Source: Felis catus
Taxonomy: Eukaryota
DNA: 64,000 bases
NCBI RefSeq assembly: GCF_018350175.1
Contig: NC_058368.1
Coordinates: forward strand, 70,620,001 to 70,684,000
Direction: 5' to 3'
Under the pieces are notes generated by a model. The model was not told where the DNA came from. It searched no databases and worked only from the letters and a program-made list of their open reading frames with translations. Of the stretch, positions 13,985-27,168 are shown one piece after another (within the stretch, counting starts at the first letter, position 1; each line of letters begins with the position of its first letter). Position numbers and translations under genes: made by a program.

Positions 13985-14275
13985 GGGTCCTGGGCAGCGA
14001 CACACAGACTGGCCAAGCTGCCGCCCACAGCGGGGGGGGCACCGGCCCCGCTACTGAATCAGCCTGAGGTCACGCTCTCTGGCGCTGACGGTCTCCCATG
14101 TTCTCGTGGGCAAAGGGCGGTCCCCACTGCTCCTCCCTTAATTCCAAGATCACTGCTGTTAAAAGAGTATCGAAAATAAGTTTGCCATTAAACTAGCATG
14201 TATTTTCTATATTTTTTTATTGGGCATTTTCCTTAGTTTGAAAATCATCACTCATTCCTGATGTGTTTAAAATAC

Positions 14276-14281
14276 ATTAAA
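14276..14281 (+). terminator. Candidate proximal poly(A) signal ATTAAA (another ATTAAA at 14187-14192)
   Basis: Variant hexamers 200-300 nt after the stop in AT-rich context. Confidence 0.5.
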
Positions 14282-15024
14282 GTTGCAGGTTTCTGTAAGC
14301 AATTGAATAGCACCGCTGATGGGAAGTTACTGTAATATTATTCTTTTTACTATAATGGATCCTCCTACATTATATCTGATCATAAATGCTACCACTGGAC
14401 AAAGGGGAATGTTATTCAGGAAGAACATGGCAAAATATTCCTTATGGACTTTTTCTCATCACTATTTTTTTCCTCAAATTTGCTTTCAAGCCTCAGTGAC
14501 TGTTTGGTGTCCACCTTTCCTAGGGGGTGAGCAGGGCGTGTCTGCTGCACACAGTCTTGGCCAGGCCTGAGTGTGGAGGGGAGAAACAGAGAACCAAACC
14601 CTATCCACACTGTTCCGGCCCATTTCAGTCCAGGGAATCTTTCCAACTCCCTTTCCCTCACCTCCATTAAGAAATAATGATCATCGAGTACTGATTCAAG
14701 GTTCTGGAAAACTCTGTGAAACTTAGCTGGGGTTCCTTTTGCTCAGAACATCTACAGTTAGCCTCTCAGGCTGGACATAGAAACAGGATGGAAGAGAGCA
14801 GGGGCTCAGCCCTGGAACAGCCGCAGGGCCCACCGCGCTGGAGGCGCGTCCTCCCCGGCCCGGGCGCATCAGGACTTCCGCTGCAGCCAGGGCACACAGC
14901 GGAGGACACAGGCCCAGGCAGAAGGGAGGCGGAGGTGGGAAAGGCAATTGTGTGACTCCTACGTTCTGCAAAATGAGCAGAAATGTATCAAATTGATGCA
15001 AATTTGGACAAGTGTAATACTTAT

Positions 15025-15030
15025 AATAAA
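15025..15030 (+). terminator. Distal poly(A) signal AATAAA of UBAC2
   Basis: Canonical hexamer with upstream TGTA elements, followed by gtttttaatgtgttttactttgcggtatttttt. Confidence 0.7.
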
Positions 15031-18000
15031 GTTTTTAATGTGTTTTACTTTGCGGTATTTTTTATTCGACTTACCTAAATCTTTGTTCTAAGCTGTGTAA
15101 TTTATCAAATATAAAACATTTTTTTTGCCAATGCTCATCATTCTTCAGAAGATTTGGGTGTTTTTTTTTTCTTTGGAAGTGAGAGAAAAGGCCCCTTTGT
15201 TCCTGTAACACTGGCCCCATGAGGCCTCATCCGTAGGCTTGTTAGGGCATCAGGCTGCTCAGAACGGGAGTTGGGATGACTTGGGAGCCCAGGTGGTTCC
15301 AAGTGTCTCTTGTCAGCTTGAAGGGACGGCAGCGGGCATCTGCAGCCGCATTCCAGGCCAGTGGCTCCCAGCGCAGAGGTGTATGCAAGTACTAACCTCT
15401 GAGCCCATCTGGATCCACCCCTGACCTTCCGGTGCAGGGGTCCCAGGAGACAGCGCCCCGCGTCCAGAGATCCGCCATCTCCTATGCCCCTTTTCTCAAA
15501 CAGCACTGAGAAAAGTCACACCAAACCACAGGCATAGTGCTCACTCACCTGAGGCTTCTCCATGCATCTCACAGAGGATGGGGGCAGAGAGCCCCACGGG
15601 AGGAGCCCAGTGTGAGGCCTCAAGCAGAGGTGATCACACCTCAAAGACCCTCATCCTGCCCAAGGAGCCCAAGCACCCTTCCACGGCAGGAAGTATAATT
15701 TAGTGTAAATTGAGGCAGTGCTGGCCGTGTGGCCACAGCCCTGCACCTAACAGTGGCAGAGCTGGGAGACCCCCTCAGGCTTTTCCTGACTTCCAGCCTC
15801 TTTCCCAGCTGCCTGTAGTTGCCAAGTTTCCATTAGCTTCCATCCTTTTCATATGACTGCCCGGCCTTTGCTACCTTCCTAGTCACCACCCCCCAGATCA
15901 TCCCGATCCCGACCACTCCCCAACCCCACACACATCCGACTCTTCAGTCTTGGGCACATCCTCTTGACCTGGCTGGAGTTCCCATCGCTGGCCCACTGCT
16001 GCTTCCTGCAGATTTTGACCCAACAGCCACCAGTAGCGGGTTTGAATACCCAAAAATACCCTGCATCCTGTCAAGACCCCCAGAAATCTTTCGGGCTGAT
16101 GGGCCCCCCCGACCCCCGCAAAGAGAAACCTTTTGTGTTTGATGCATAGTGACGCGTGCCAGACGGGGACATCAGCGAGCCGTTGGCTTGGTTTCCTGAT
16201 GTCTAGAAAAGTTCATGTAGGCATTTGACTTTGTGCAAATGGCAGCAACAGATCGGGCCTCATTTTCAAGTAAGCCAGTTCCACTTGACAAGAGGAAGAA
16301 GGAAAAAGTTGTCTGTGGTGAACCCCCCCCCCTTCCTCAAATTAAGGAGACTCTGCTTTTGGAGTTCTGATTCATCAGCTTGGACCGGGTTTGGGATTCC
16401 AAAAGGAAAATAGTTTCAAGGAAATTGAGCATAAAATTGTGAATGCACGCATTCCACAGTAGCACTTAGAACTTTGTCTGAGTCCCTGAGTGTAGATTTC
16501 TGCCACAGTGCTTCTCAAGTGCAAATGATAGGGTCTAAATCATAAACTTGAGGAGGTTTTTTTTGGTGGTTTTTTTTTTTTTTTTTAACTCAGGTAGCTG
16601 AAGTGATATTTAATTTGGGAGGATCAAAGGTTATTTTTCAGAATCCCCTAAGCCCTGTAGTGTGTTTGTAAAGGGACAGACCAAGAATATCAAAATTGCC
16701 TTCTGGCTCAGACTAAAATTTTAGTTCCCAAACTTCAGTCTCTCATGTAAGAAGACTTACCAGAATCATGTGAATTTGCTAACCTGCTTGCTATCTCATG
16801 GAGAACCCACACTAGCTAAATGGCTGTGCCCCAGCAGAGTTGGGATTTCAGGATAAGGCTTGGGAGCCTGGGGGCTGGGGGAGTGGGCACCAGATGTGGA
16901 AAATCAATCTGGAAAGAGGGGAAAGATCCGGAGTCCTGCTCTGGGGATCACAGAGGAAGGCAGGTGACAGAATATGGAGAGAGGAAAGAAGAGGGTTAGT
17001 TTCCTGCATTTCTAGTGGAGGAGGTGAGCATAGGGGGCCCGTCTGCAGTGCTGCAGGGAAAGGGGGGTTAGTGTCAGCCCAGCGATGGCGGATGCCAGCA
17101 ACAAGAGCTGGAACAGAGAACAGGAGGGAGAGCAGAGGTCGGCTGTGTGCACTGGTCCGGGAAATGTGTGGAGGGAGAAGACAGGGCAGGGACACTGTTC
17201 CTGGGTCAGCTTGTGGGTCAAGGTAACCAAACTGGTGATGAGAGACCGGAGCTGTAGGCCCTGGAAGGGGTATAATCAAAACTGTGAAGAGAGGTTGGCC
17301 TTGGGAGCGAAGAAGAAGGCTTCTGTCCTCCAGAACCAGAGATAGTTAAGGAAGTTGGAGGTGAGTTGTAAACTTTGAGCAAAGTTGAAGAAGTTCAAGT
17401 GCTAGTTTCTGGCTTCTTAATAAAGCAGGAAGGCGAGGGGCCCGGAGCTTGAGGAGAGTGGATGACGTGGGGCCAACCAGAGGTGGATAAAGGCTTGTTG
17501 GCCACTTTTGCTGATCAGCTGCAGTGTTTTGGTCCGCTGACCCCATATGTCATGGGAGTTTCAGAGCCCTGAGAGATTTAGACAAATTCAGACGGTCCCA
17601 GGAACTAGCAGCACACACCGCCCCTCCTAGTACCTTCAGGCCAACCCACACTGTGCCCTTTCTCTCTGTTCTGAGCTGCCCTGGGGTCTGAGGAGACTTG
17701 GCGGGAGAGGGCATAGAGAGCAGGCTGCTCCTGAGAAGGCGTAGGGCACAGGGGTCCCTGACCCACCCTGGTTCTCACCCAAATACAAGAGTGCCTTAGG
17801 GACCCTGGGACTGCTCCAAGGCTGTCCAGGAGGGTGTCGCCCTCCGCCCCCCTATTCCCCCCACCCCACCCCACCCCGCCCCCTGCCGTGGCCGGACCCA
17901 GACATCCCAGGGCCTCCACTTGGCTGCTGCAAAAGGAGCATCAGCAAAAAGATTGCAGGGTGACCCAGCCACCCACAGTGGTTCACACCAGAGAAAACCT

Positions 18001-18182
18001 CCACAGTCCCCAGTGCTCAGCCCAGGCATGTGAGAACCCCATTCAGTCGGATTTCTGCCACTTCGCTCAGTCTTCAGTGCCCCGGCTGACGTGGCTTCCA
18101 CCAGCAAAGCTGAGTGTGCTCTCTTTTCCATGGTGGCCAGGTGGAACCCAAGTGGCAGACTGGGTTTGATGCCTTTGGGATC

Positions 18183-18392
18183 TTTTTTTTAACATTTTTT
18201 TAAGTTGATTTAGTCTGAGAGTGAGCAAGAGAGAGAGAGAGCAGGGTAGGAGCAGAGAGAGAGAATCCTAAGCAGGCTCCGAGCTATCAGCACAGAGGCG
18301 GACTCAGGGCTCCAACTCAGGAACCATGACATCATGACCTGAGCCAAAGTCAAGAGTCGGACGCTTAACCGGCTGAACCGCCCAGGCACTCC
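18183..18392 (-). mobile_element. Can-SINE
   Basis: Antisense SINE body; TSD tgatgcctttgg. Confidence 0.88.
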
Positions 18393-20243
18393 TGATGCCT
18401 TTGGAATCTTTAAACAGAGGCTGTGATTTCCTGTGGTGCCAGTCTCTAGAGCCTTATTCTGAATTTAGCACTTGAATTAAAGTGCAGATGTCAGGTAATC
18501 CCTCGCTAGGCTGGGCTGTAAAGAGTAAAATGTATCAGAAAGCCACAGGGAACACCAAAGCTGAGGGCCTGTTTCACGGTGGGAAAGGGGGTCCCAGCTC
18601 CTAGCTCCTCTCCTGTCCCCCCTGCACCTTCAGAGATGTGCTGTGCCCCCAGGTGCCCCAACAGCCCAGCTAGCTGACTTTTCTGTCATCCTGTTCGCAG
18701 GGGACCGTGGTCGGTTTCGCTCTTTTGCTGTCTCAACAGCTGTTTGTATAGAGGTTTTATTGTGAGATTTTGTAATGATGTTCGACAGAAGTGCTGCATT
18801 ATATCTGAAAACTGTCCGGCCTCCTACTATGTGTGCAGATCTTGTAAAACCCTTATTTCTGTCCCTATGAACTAACCCGTCTTTCATATGCATAAAGCTG
18901 CAAGAATCACAGAAGTCTTTCCAGAACAGGCCACATCTGCACACCAGGGGGTGTGGTGGCTAAGATGTTGCCTCCTCAGCAGGTGGGGGCCAGGTTGTGT
19001 TTAAATCTGCACAAAGATGAATGTGATGTCCACATCCGCCTCTGCCTTGAGCACCTGTTTAAAAGGAGGAAGTGCACTTACTTTGTTTAAGCAAAAAAAA
19101 GTCAAGGGAATATTTGGAAAAGCCAGCAGGCCAAGGCCAGCCCTTTTCCCGTCTGGGAAGAGACAGGCTGAATGTGGACAGAACAACAAATAAAGCCAAA
19201 TACCCACTCCCAGCCTCTTGATCCTGATTGTTTGTATGAGGAGCCATGTTAAATACTTACGACATTTCTAAATTCAGAGTTCAAAACCACTCCAAAATGA
19301 CAGAAACAAATTCGGAGGTTATAATTGTTTTGGGGGCAGGGGAAGGAAGTGGAGAAGGTATGGAGCAAAGAAGGGTCTGTTTTTAACATCTTACATAGAT
19401 GCTGTTATATGTACGCCTCTGTATTATAAAATCCTCAATACGAAGTTCAAACCCTCCAAACAAATCTTGCATCCCTCTTCAGGGCTTGCAGACTTCTGGG
19501 GGTTCAGACAAGGAGGTTTAGTGCACCCCTACATTGGGAGCACCCCCGCTGGTGGAGTGTGGCTGCAGCCCAGGGGAACAGCACCAAGGGAACTTCTCAC
19601 ATACCCCCACCCTCATTTCCATGAGGACACTTCTGGCCAAGACCCTGCTGGGGCTGGGTGCAGAGCACAGCATTTCCTCAGGACTCACCCAGGAATTCTG
19701 ATGCTTTCCAGGAGATTCCTGCATGGGCTCAAACCTTATCCCTCCTGCCCAAAGCTGGTAGAGATGTCCTTAAGGAGCACCAGACCCAGGCCACCCCTGG
19801 ACTGTGATGTCTGGCCTGGGCTTGTGGTTCGGGTGGAAATTAATCCACCTTGATCCTTGCAAATGCTGCAGCCACATGAGGTCTAGAGCCTTCCACCTCA
19901 TGGAGGTGCAGGGTACGGATCTGCTGGGACTAAGGGAGGGGCTAGTTCCTCAGGCCTGGCGTCAGGGGCCGGGGACCCATAGCCGGCACCTGACAGAACA
20001 GGAGGCAGCATTCAGCACAGGCCCAGCCCTCTAAGGGGACCCTCCTAGAAGCTGAGCTAAGAGATGCTCCTGGTGTACCTGACAGCTAACCAGCGATTCT
20101 GCTACCTCCAGTGATTCGCTGCTGGGTGCCTCCCTGCAAGGGCTGAAATAACCGTAATAAGTCCCCTGTGGGCAAGAGCTGTGCTTTCCTCGCATGTGCC
20201 AGGCATCCAGTGGGTGAGTGAGTGAGTGAGAGGACACAATAAG

Positions 20244-22157
20244 GTGGCGCCTGGCTGGCTCAGTCAGTGGAGCAGGTGACTCTTGATCTCAGGCTTGTAA
20301 GTTTGAGCCCCGTGCTGGATATAGAGATGACTTAAAACTACAGTCTTAGGGCACCTGGCTCAGTCTTAGGGTGGCTCAGTCTGTTGGGGGTCCAACTCTT
20401 GGTTTCAGCTCAGGTCATGATCTCATGGTTTGTGGGTTTGAGCCCCTGCATCAGCTCTGCCCTGACAGTGTGGAGCTTGCTTGAGATTCTCCCCCCGCCC
20501 CCGCCTTTCCCACCGCTCACATGCACCCACAGTCTCTCTCTGTCTAAATAAACTTAAAAAAATTTTTTTCTAATCTTAAAAAAGGATATATTGCTTAATT
20601 TATACACTAAAATAAAATAAAATAAAATAAAATAAATCTCTAGCCTCTAAAAGAATGGCCACTATCTTTAATAGAAATGGCACATGGCAGAAGCTCTCTT
20701 ATCTCTTTTTTTTTTTTTCACATTTATTTACTTTTGAGAAACAGAGCACGATGGGGGAAGGAGCAGAGAAAGAGGGAGACACAGAATCTGAAGCAGGCTC
20801 TAGGCTCTGAGCTGTCAGCACAGAATCTGGAGCCGGGGCCCGAACCCATGAACCGCGAGATCATGACCTGAGCCAAAGTCAGATGCTTAACCAACCGAGC
20901 CACCCAGGTGCCCACCTATCTTTTTTTTTTTTTTTACGTTTATTTATTTTGAGAGAGAGAGAGAGGGAGAGAGAGACAGTGGGAGTGGGGGAGGGGCAGA
21001 GAGAGGGAGAAAGAGAATCCTAACCAGGCTCCGAGCTGTCAGTGCAGAGCCCCATGTGGGGCCCAAACTCAGAAACCGTGAGATCACGACACAAGCCAAA
21101 ATAAAGAGTCAGACGCTTAATGGACTGAGCCACCCAGGCACCCCAGAAGCTCTCCTACCTTAAGCTGGGGACTGGTACTGACTCAGTTAATGTTGGATGT
21201 GAATATATATGCCCATGTATATGTATATAGAACCCATATATTAAGTATTTTAAGTTAGAGCATGACAATGTAATTAATTCATCAATCTTCTGGTGTTGCT
21301 GGAGCTAAAGCCTTTTTATTTTTAATGATAGTTGTGCTGATTAGAAGCTTATATCTTTCAAAATCCACACCCATATTGCATGGATTACAGGTCCCACTTT
21401 GGATCTCTATCACAAATAGCATGGGAACTCAGTGAAGCAATCAGAGAGGAGTGCATTTCATCCTGGGTTTTTACATTTTTCTGATGTCTCGTAGTTGTCA
21501 CACTCACACCTATTTTTACAGCAGGTTTGGTTCTGTTAGCAGTTTACATCCATGAAACTTTCCAAAGCATTGCACTTAGTTCTTATAAAAACAGCACCTG
21601 GGGTGCCTGGGTGGCTCAGTCAGTTGAGCGTCTGACTCTTGATTTCCAATCAGGTCATGGTCTCACAGTTGTGAGATTGAGCCCCGATTCCACAAATGTG
21701 GGGCCTGCTTAAGATTCTCTCTCTCCCGGGGCACCTGGGTGGCTCAGTTGGTTGAGTGTCTGACTTCGGCCCAGGTCATGATCTCACGGTTCATGGGTTC
21801 GAGCCCGACGTTGGGCTCTGTGCTGACAGCTCAGAGCCTGGAACCTGCTTCGGACATGTGTCTCCCTCTCTCTCTGCCTCTCCCCTGCTCATGCTCTGTC
21901 TCTGTCTCTGTCTCTCTCTCAAAAATAAATAAACATTAAAAAAGATTCTCTCTCTCCCTTTGCCCCTGTCACCCTCACTCTCTCTCTGTCTCACACATAA
22001 AAAAATTAAAATTAAAAAAATAAGAGTGAAAAAATCTTGGGGCGCCTGGGTGGCTCAATTGGTTAAGCATCCGACTTTAGCTCAGGTCACGATCTCACGG
22101 TTCATGAGTTTGAGCCCCATGTTAGGCTCTGCGCTGACAGTGTGGAGCCTGTATGGG

Positions 22158-22213
<56 letters not shown>

Positions 22214-22290
22214 TCTGCCTCTCTCTCTCTCTCTCTCTCTCTCCCCCTGTTAAATAAATAAAAAAATAAACAAACAAACATATAAATAAA
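20244..22290. mobile_element. Can-SINE cluster (+ strand 20244-20580; two - strand copies 20705-21143; nested + strand copies 21600-22290)
   Basis: Repeated ggggcgcctgggtggctcag heads or their reverse complements, (CT)n and A tails. Confidence 0.88.
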
Positions 22291-24007
22291 GCTCTTTTCA
22301 CCTGTGTACTTTATCAGTTTACATAATAATTACTTAAATTATTTAATTTCACTAACAACTGACACGCGAAGCTTTGGGAACAACCACAGCTGTGTCTCTG
22401 TGAGCATGACATGCCACTGGGGACATAGGAACAGGGGCTAGGAGAGGCCACCGGCCACTGGCACACGTGTGGTGTGGGCGGCCCTCAGACCCACGCTTCC
22501 CCCGAGCTGAGTGCAATCTGCCGAGAGAATTTCCATCATAGCTACAATCACCGCGAACAGTGGAGAAAGTCATTCAGATAAGGGAGAGTCACCAAAGAGG
22601 TCCCCCAAAAGGCAGCATTAGGATGTTGAGGGTCCTCTGTCCCTGATTTCTTATTCTGCTTCTTAGATGCCTGCCCGCACCCCACTGCCCTCGCCTCACT
22701 GAATGAGTAACAGCATCTCACCAGCTCCAACACCAAGATCTTGCTGGGCCCCGGGGAGCAGCGTGCCTGGTCTCCCTGCCTCCCACACGGGGTTCAAGGC
22801 AGGACGTCCTCACGGCTGCACGGTAACTGACTTGTTAGCTCCTGAGCCCGTATCCCTATCTTGTTCTCCCTGGCTCCGCCAGCCTGCCGTCCCCTCCCCT
22901 CTTTCTCAGGTTTCTGTCCCCAGCATTGTGTGAGCCCGGCCCCACACCATTCACTCTTTTCCTAGATGAGGAAGTAGACACCAGCCAGAGGCTAAACAGG
23001 TGATCGAAGTCAAGCCACCCACATAGAACACACACAGAAAACCCCTAAAGATACAGCAAAACCCATGAACTCATGGAAAACCAGGCTGCACTTACCCATC
23101 TTAAAGTCTCGGATACAGAAATCACACAGATCTCAGAGCTGGAAGGACGTCAGTGATCATCGTGACTGATGTTCTCTGTTTGCACATGAAACCAGGTTCC
23201 AGAACTGCCAGTGACTCACCAAGGCTCCTTGGGGCCCAGCAGGCATGGAACCCGCACCTCATGAGGTCCCCATCTGACGAGTCCCCTTCGTCCCCACCAG
23301 CTGTGGTGGGCTTTCGCCATAAGGGTGGAGGTAACAGAGCTCTCAAGACTGCACTTCCCAAGGAAGGTGCCTCCAGGTCCTTGGCCTCTCTCCTCTTCCG
23401 GCCAAGTGGAAGCCGGTTCCACCAGCTCTGCCCGGGCAGGTGACATTAGAGGCTACGGTGGTTACCATTCCCCTTCTCAGTCCCATCCCCACACGCATAC
23501 CAGAACTCTGTGAATATAAAAGATGAGTGCATGGATAAAACAACAGATAAGATGAATAGACTTCCGCAGAAGTGCTTAACGGAGTAGGGCAGTTGGGCGT
23601 CGGAAACATAATCTTTAGGCCGTAGGATGAGCAGGGGCTCTGCACGAAAGCTTCTCAGAAAATCCAGGACATCCACTTGACCCAGGGAGAGAATGTGAGC
23701 AGAACGGTACTGTGTGTGGTGCCTGCACCTCCTCCAGCTCCAGCCGCCAGTTAACCTCACACTGAGTGTCATCGGCCCTGCGAGACGCAAAAGCAGGCTC
23801 ACTCGCCGGCATAAACGCCGTACTCACATCAGACGTGACACATTGTCAGCTCTTAGAGGTGCCTAAAAAAAAATAAGTGGGAAAAATAACATTTGCTGTA
23901 TTTGGGCTTCTCCTTTTCTTTCAACAGGTGGTAGGAGGTGTGAAGTTTGAAGAAAAGAGCAGGATCCATATCCTTTCCTAAAATCGGGTAGAAAGGTTAA
24001 AAATACC

Positions 24008-24800
24008 ATATGAGTCTGCTGGGGCTACTGTAGCAAAGTACCACAGACTGGGGCAGCTTAAACAACAAAAGTTTTGTCCTCACAGTTTGGAGACTGGGAG
24101 TCTGAGACCAAGAGGTGAGCTAGGTTGGTTTCTTCTGAGGCCTCTCTCCTTGGCTTGCAGACGGCCACCTTCCGTGTCTTTGAGTGGTCTTGCTTCTGTG
24201 TGTTCCTATGTCCCAATTGCATCTTATAAGGACACCAGTCTGTTGGATCAGGGCCTACTCTAACGACCTCATTTTAAAGACGGTCTCAGAGGCGCCTGGG
24301 TGGCTCAGTCAGTTAAACGTCCGACTCTTGGTTTGGCCTCAGGTCGTGATCTGACAGTTGGTGGGATCAAGCCCCACGTCAGGCTCTGCACTGGAGCCTG
24401 CTTGGGATTCTCTCTCTCTCCCTCTCTTTCTGCCCCTCCCCCACTGTCTCTCTTTCTCAAAAATAAACATTAAAAAAATAGGGGCGCCTGGGTGGCTCAG
24501 TCGGTTAGGCGTCCGACTTCGGCCCAGGTCATGATCTCACATCTGTGAGTTCGAGCCCCGTGTCGGGCTCTGTGCTGACAGTGCAGAGCCTGGAGCCTGT
24601 TTCAGATTCTGTGTCTCCCTCTCTCTCTCTCTGACCCTCCTGCATTCATGCTCTGTCTCTCTCTGTCTCAAAAATAAATAAACGTTAAAAAAAAAATTTT
24701 TTTTAATAAAAATAAAGACTCTGTCTCCAAATGCAGTCCCATTTGGAGGTTGGGACCTCACCATGAATTCTGGCTGGATGCAAACCATCCCATAACAAAT
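24008..24800 (-). mobile_element. MaLR (MLT1-type) LTR split by two + strand Can-SINEs (24290-24715)
   Basis: gctactgtagcaaagtaccacagactg...aaacaac...cacagt, ttataaggacaccagtc; resumes after the SINEs at aaagactctgtctccaaatgcagtc. Confidence 0.8.
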
Positions 24801-25479
24801 TCCTCAAGGACAGAATGAAGGATGCTACTGCTGACATGACCCTCCATACTCCACTCCATGACAATGATCGCTGGGGCAGCCATCGCTTCCCAGTTTAGTT
24901 ATAACTGAGCCAACAAATATGCTGCAGAGGCAGCCCGGTGTGTAAGAAATGCGGCCTTTCCAGGGGGGACTCTGTGGGCCCCATCAACTGTGTGACTGCC
25001 AATGGCCATGGCCTTCCCATGCAGTGAGAGTGTTGCCTGTCCAGCTCCAGGCGCCTCGGAGGGTTGCTTTGGCTGGCAGGCCCCATGGGAGTGTGGACCT
25101 GCTTCCTAAACTATGAAATAGCATATTTGTGGAATATTCTTCATGTGTTATGATACTAATAAGAAGCTACCACCTGATTTTGACTGGATGCTGAAGATTC
25201 TGGCATCTTTAATGTCGTGTGACTGCACTGGCCGACCTTAGTCAAGAGCTGTTCCCGCGAACCTGGAAACCATCTGTACCTGTGCCTCCAACCCCCGTCC
25301 TTCTTTCCTCCTGAAAAAAGGTTTTGTTTTAAAATGGTCACCAGAGACTTTCTCCACTGTCTTCTTCCTTCTGTGTGTCCTCACCTTCAGCCTCTTCTCT
25401 GACTCCTTCCCTTTCGAGACTGAAACCATAGCAATTTCTCTATGATTACCCAAAAAAAAAAAAAAAAAAAAAAATCCCA

Positions 25480-25636
25480 AGGCACCTGGGTGGCTCAGTT
25501 GAGCGTCTGACTCTTGATTTCAGCTCAGGTCATGATCTCACGGTGTGTGAATTTGAGCCCTACATCGGGCTTACCTGCTCTCAGTGCAGAACCTGCTTGG
25601 GACTCTCTCTCTCCCACTCTCTCTGCCCCTCCTCTG

Positions 25637-25668
<32 letters not shown>

Positions 25669-25927
25669 AACAAACAACAACAACAACAACAAAAAGAGTG
25701 ATAAGTGTTTAAACAAAAATCCCGGGGCGCCTGGGTGGCACAGTCGGTTAAGCGTCCGACTTCAGCCAGGTCACGATCTCGCGGTCCGTGAGTTCGAGCC
25801 CCGCGTCGGGCTCTGGGCTGATGGCTCAGAGCCTGGAGCCTGTTTCCGATTCTGTGTCTCCCTCTCTCTCTGCCCCTTCCCCGTTCATGCTCTGTCTCTC
25901 TCTGTCCCAAAAAAATAAATAAACGTT
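25480..25927 (+). mobile_element. Two tandem Can-SINEs; the second (25724-25927) is a young SINEC_Fc-type copy
   Basis: CpG-intact SINE body; TSD aaacaaaaatccc at 25711-25723 and 25928-25940. Confidence 0.9.
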
Positions 25928-26039
25928 AAACAAAAATCCCATCCCTCATTCCCTACCCTGTCTTCCAATTCATCCTTAGAGACCAGTCTCTTGAGGCATG
26001 CTTGGACACCTGCTGATCCCACCTCCTCAGCCTGCTAGC

Positions 26040-26353
26040 ATCTGGCTTCTGGCCGCTCTGGGCCCTGGCATCACCCTGCAGGGCCACAATCAGATGCATG
26101 GTGATTCAAGCTGGCCTGTCCCAAATCTCCTTACTGTGCCTCTGGGAAGCACAGCAAAGGCTCCTGCTTCTTTTCCCCTTGTTCCCTCTGACCCCTGACC
26201 CCCCCCCCACACACACACACCGTTGCATCTGCATGTGGCCTCCCACCCCCGCCTCTTGGGAACCGTACGTAACTAGCTTTTCAAATGGCAAGCGTCTGCT
26301 GACCTGTCAGCCCCACCATTCCTGAACAGTAATAAAGCCTACGTTGTACAACA
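26040..26353 (+). mobile_element. MER74-like (ERVL) LTR 3' fragment
   Basis: cctcttgggaaccgtacgtaact...tcaaatggca...cctgaacagtaataaagcctacgttgtacaaca; similar to the copy at 33221-33743. Confidence 0.6.
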
Positions 26354-26829
26354 GGCTCCCTCAACTCTAAGAATATTGTCCACCTCAGACCTCCCTAAAT
26401 CTCCCTAAATCTGTCTTCTCGGCCTCAGGCCTCATATGTCCTGCTCTGTACTGGACACCTCCATATGCCTGCCCACCTCCCACCCCCACACTATATCTTA
26501 CCCCGGATTCCCTATCGGGAATGATACCACCATCCATCTGATCTTCCAGCCCCAAACCTGGGAGCCCTCCCAGACAGCCTCCCCATTCTCTTCTCCCGTT
26601 GTCTGAGTCTCCACTTAACACTGAACACATTCTCCTGTCCTTGTCTGATTGCAATTGTGTGGCACCTGCTGGTCTACACAATCCATGAGGTTGAAGGGCC
26701 ATGTCCCCATAGTCCCCCTGTATCCACAGAGCCTGGGCTAATACTTGATAAATGTGTGAACTGATGAAGCGGAGTACTGGCCCAGAGACAGAATTGGAAC
26801 TCACTGCAGAAGTGGGGTGTCCCCTGCCG

Positions 26830-27168
26830 TTTCTTGTGGGGCTTGAACCCACAGACTGTGAGATCATGACCTGAGCCGAAATCAAGAGTTGGATGCTGGG
26901 GCGCCTGGGTGGCGCAGTCGGTTAAGCGTCCGACTTCAGCCAGGTCACGATCTCGTGGTCCATGAGTTCGAGCCCCGCGTCAGGCTCTGGGCTGATGGCT
27001 CAGAGCCTGGAGCCTGTTTCTGATTCTGTGTCTCCCTCTCTCTCTGCCCCTCCCCCGTTCATGCTCTGTCTCTCTCTGTCCCAAAATAAATAAAAAACGT
27101 TGAAAAAAAATTAAAAAAAAAAAAAAAGAGAGTTGGATGCTTAACCGACTGAGCCTCCCAGATGCCTC
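26830..27168. mobile_element. Young + strand SINEC_Fc-type element (26898-27127) nested in an older - strand Can-SINE
   Basis: TSD gagttggatgct on both sides, derived from the host SINE. Confidence 0.9.

Larger units (their letters stand above)
13985..15055 (+). other. UBAC2: UBAC2 3'UTR (approximate distal end)
   Basis: Follows the stop codon; no obvious repeats; ends at AATAAA 15025-15030 with a downstream GT/T-rich tract. Confidence 0.7.

Noticed and set aside
23828..23862. 35-nt - strand micro-exon (tttttttttag|...gat|gtgagt)
   Set aside because: Isolated splice-like motifs with no partner exons or homology; expected by chance in 64 kb.
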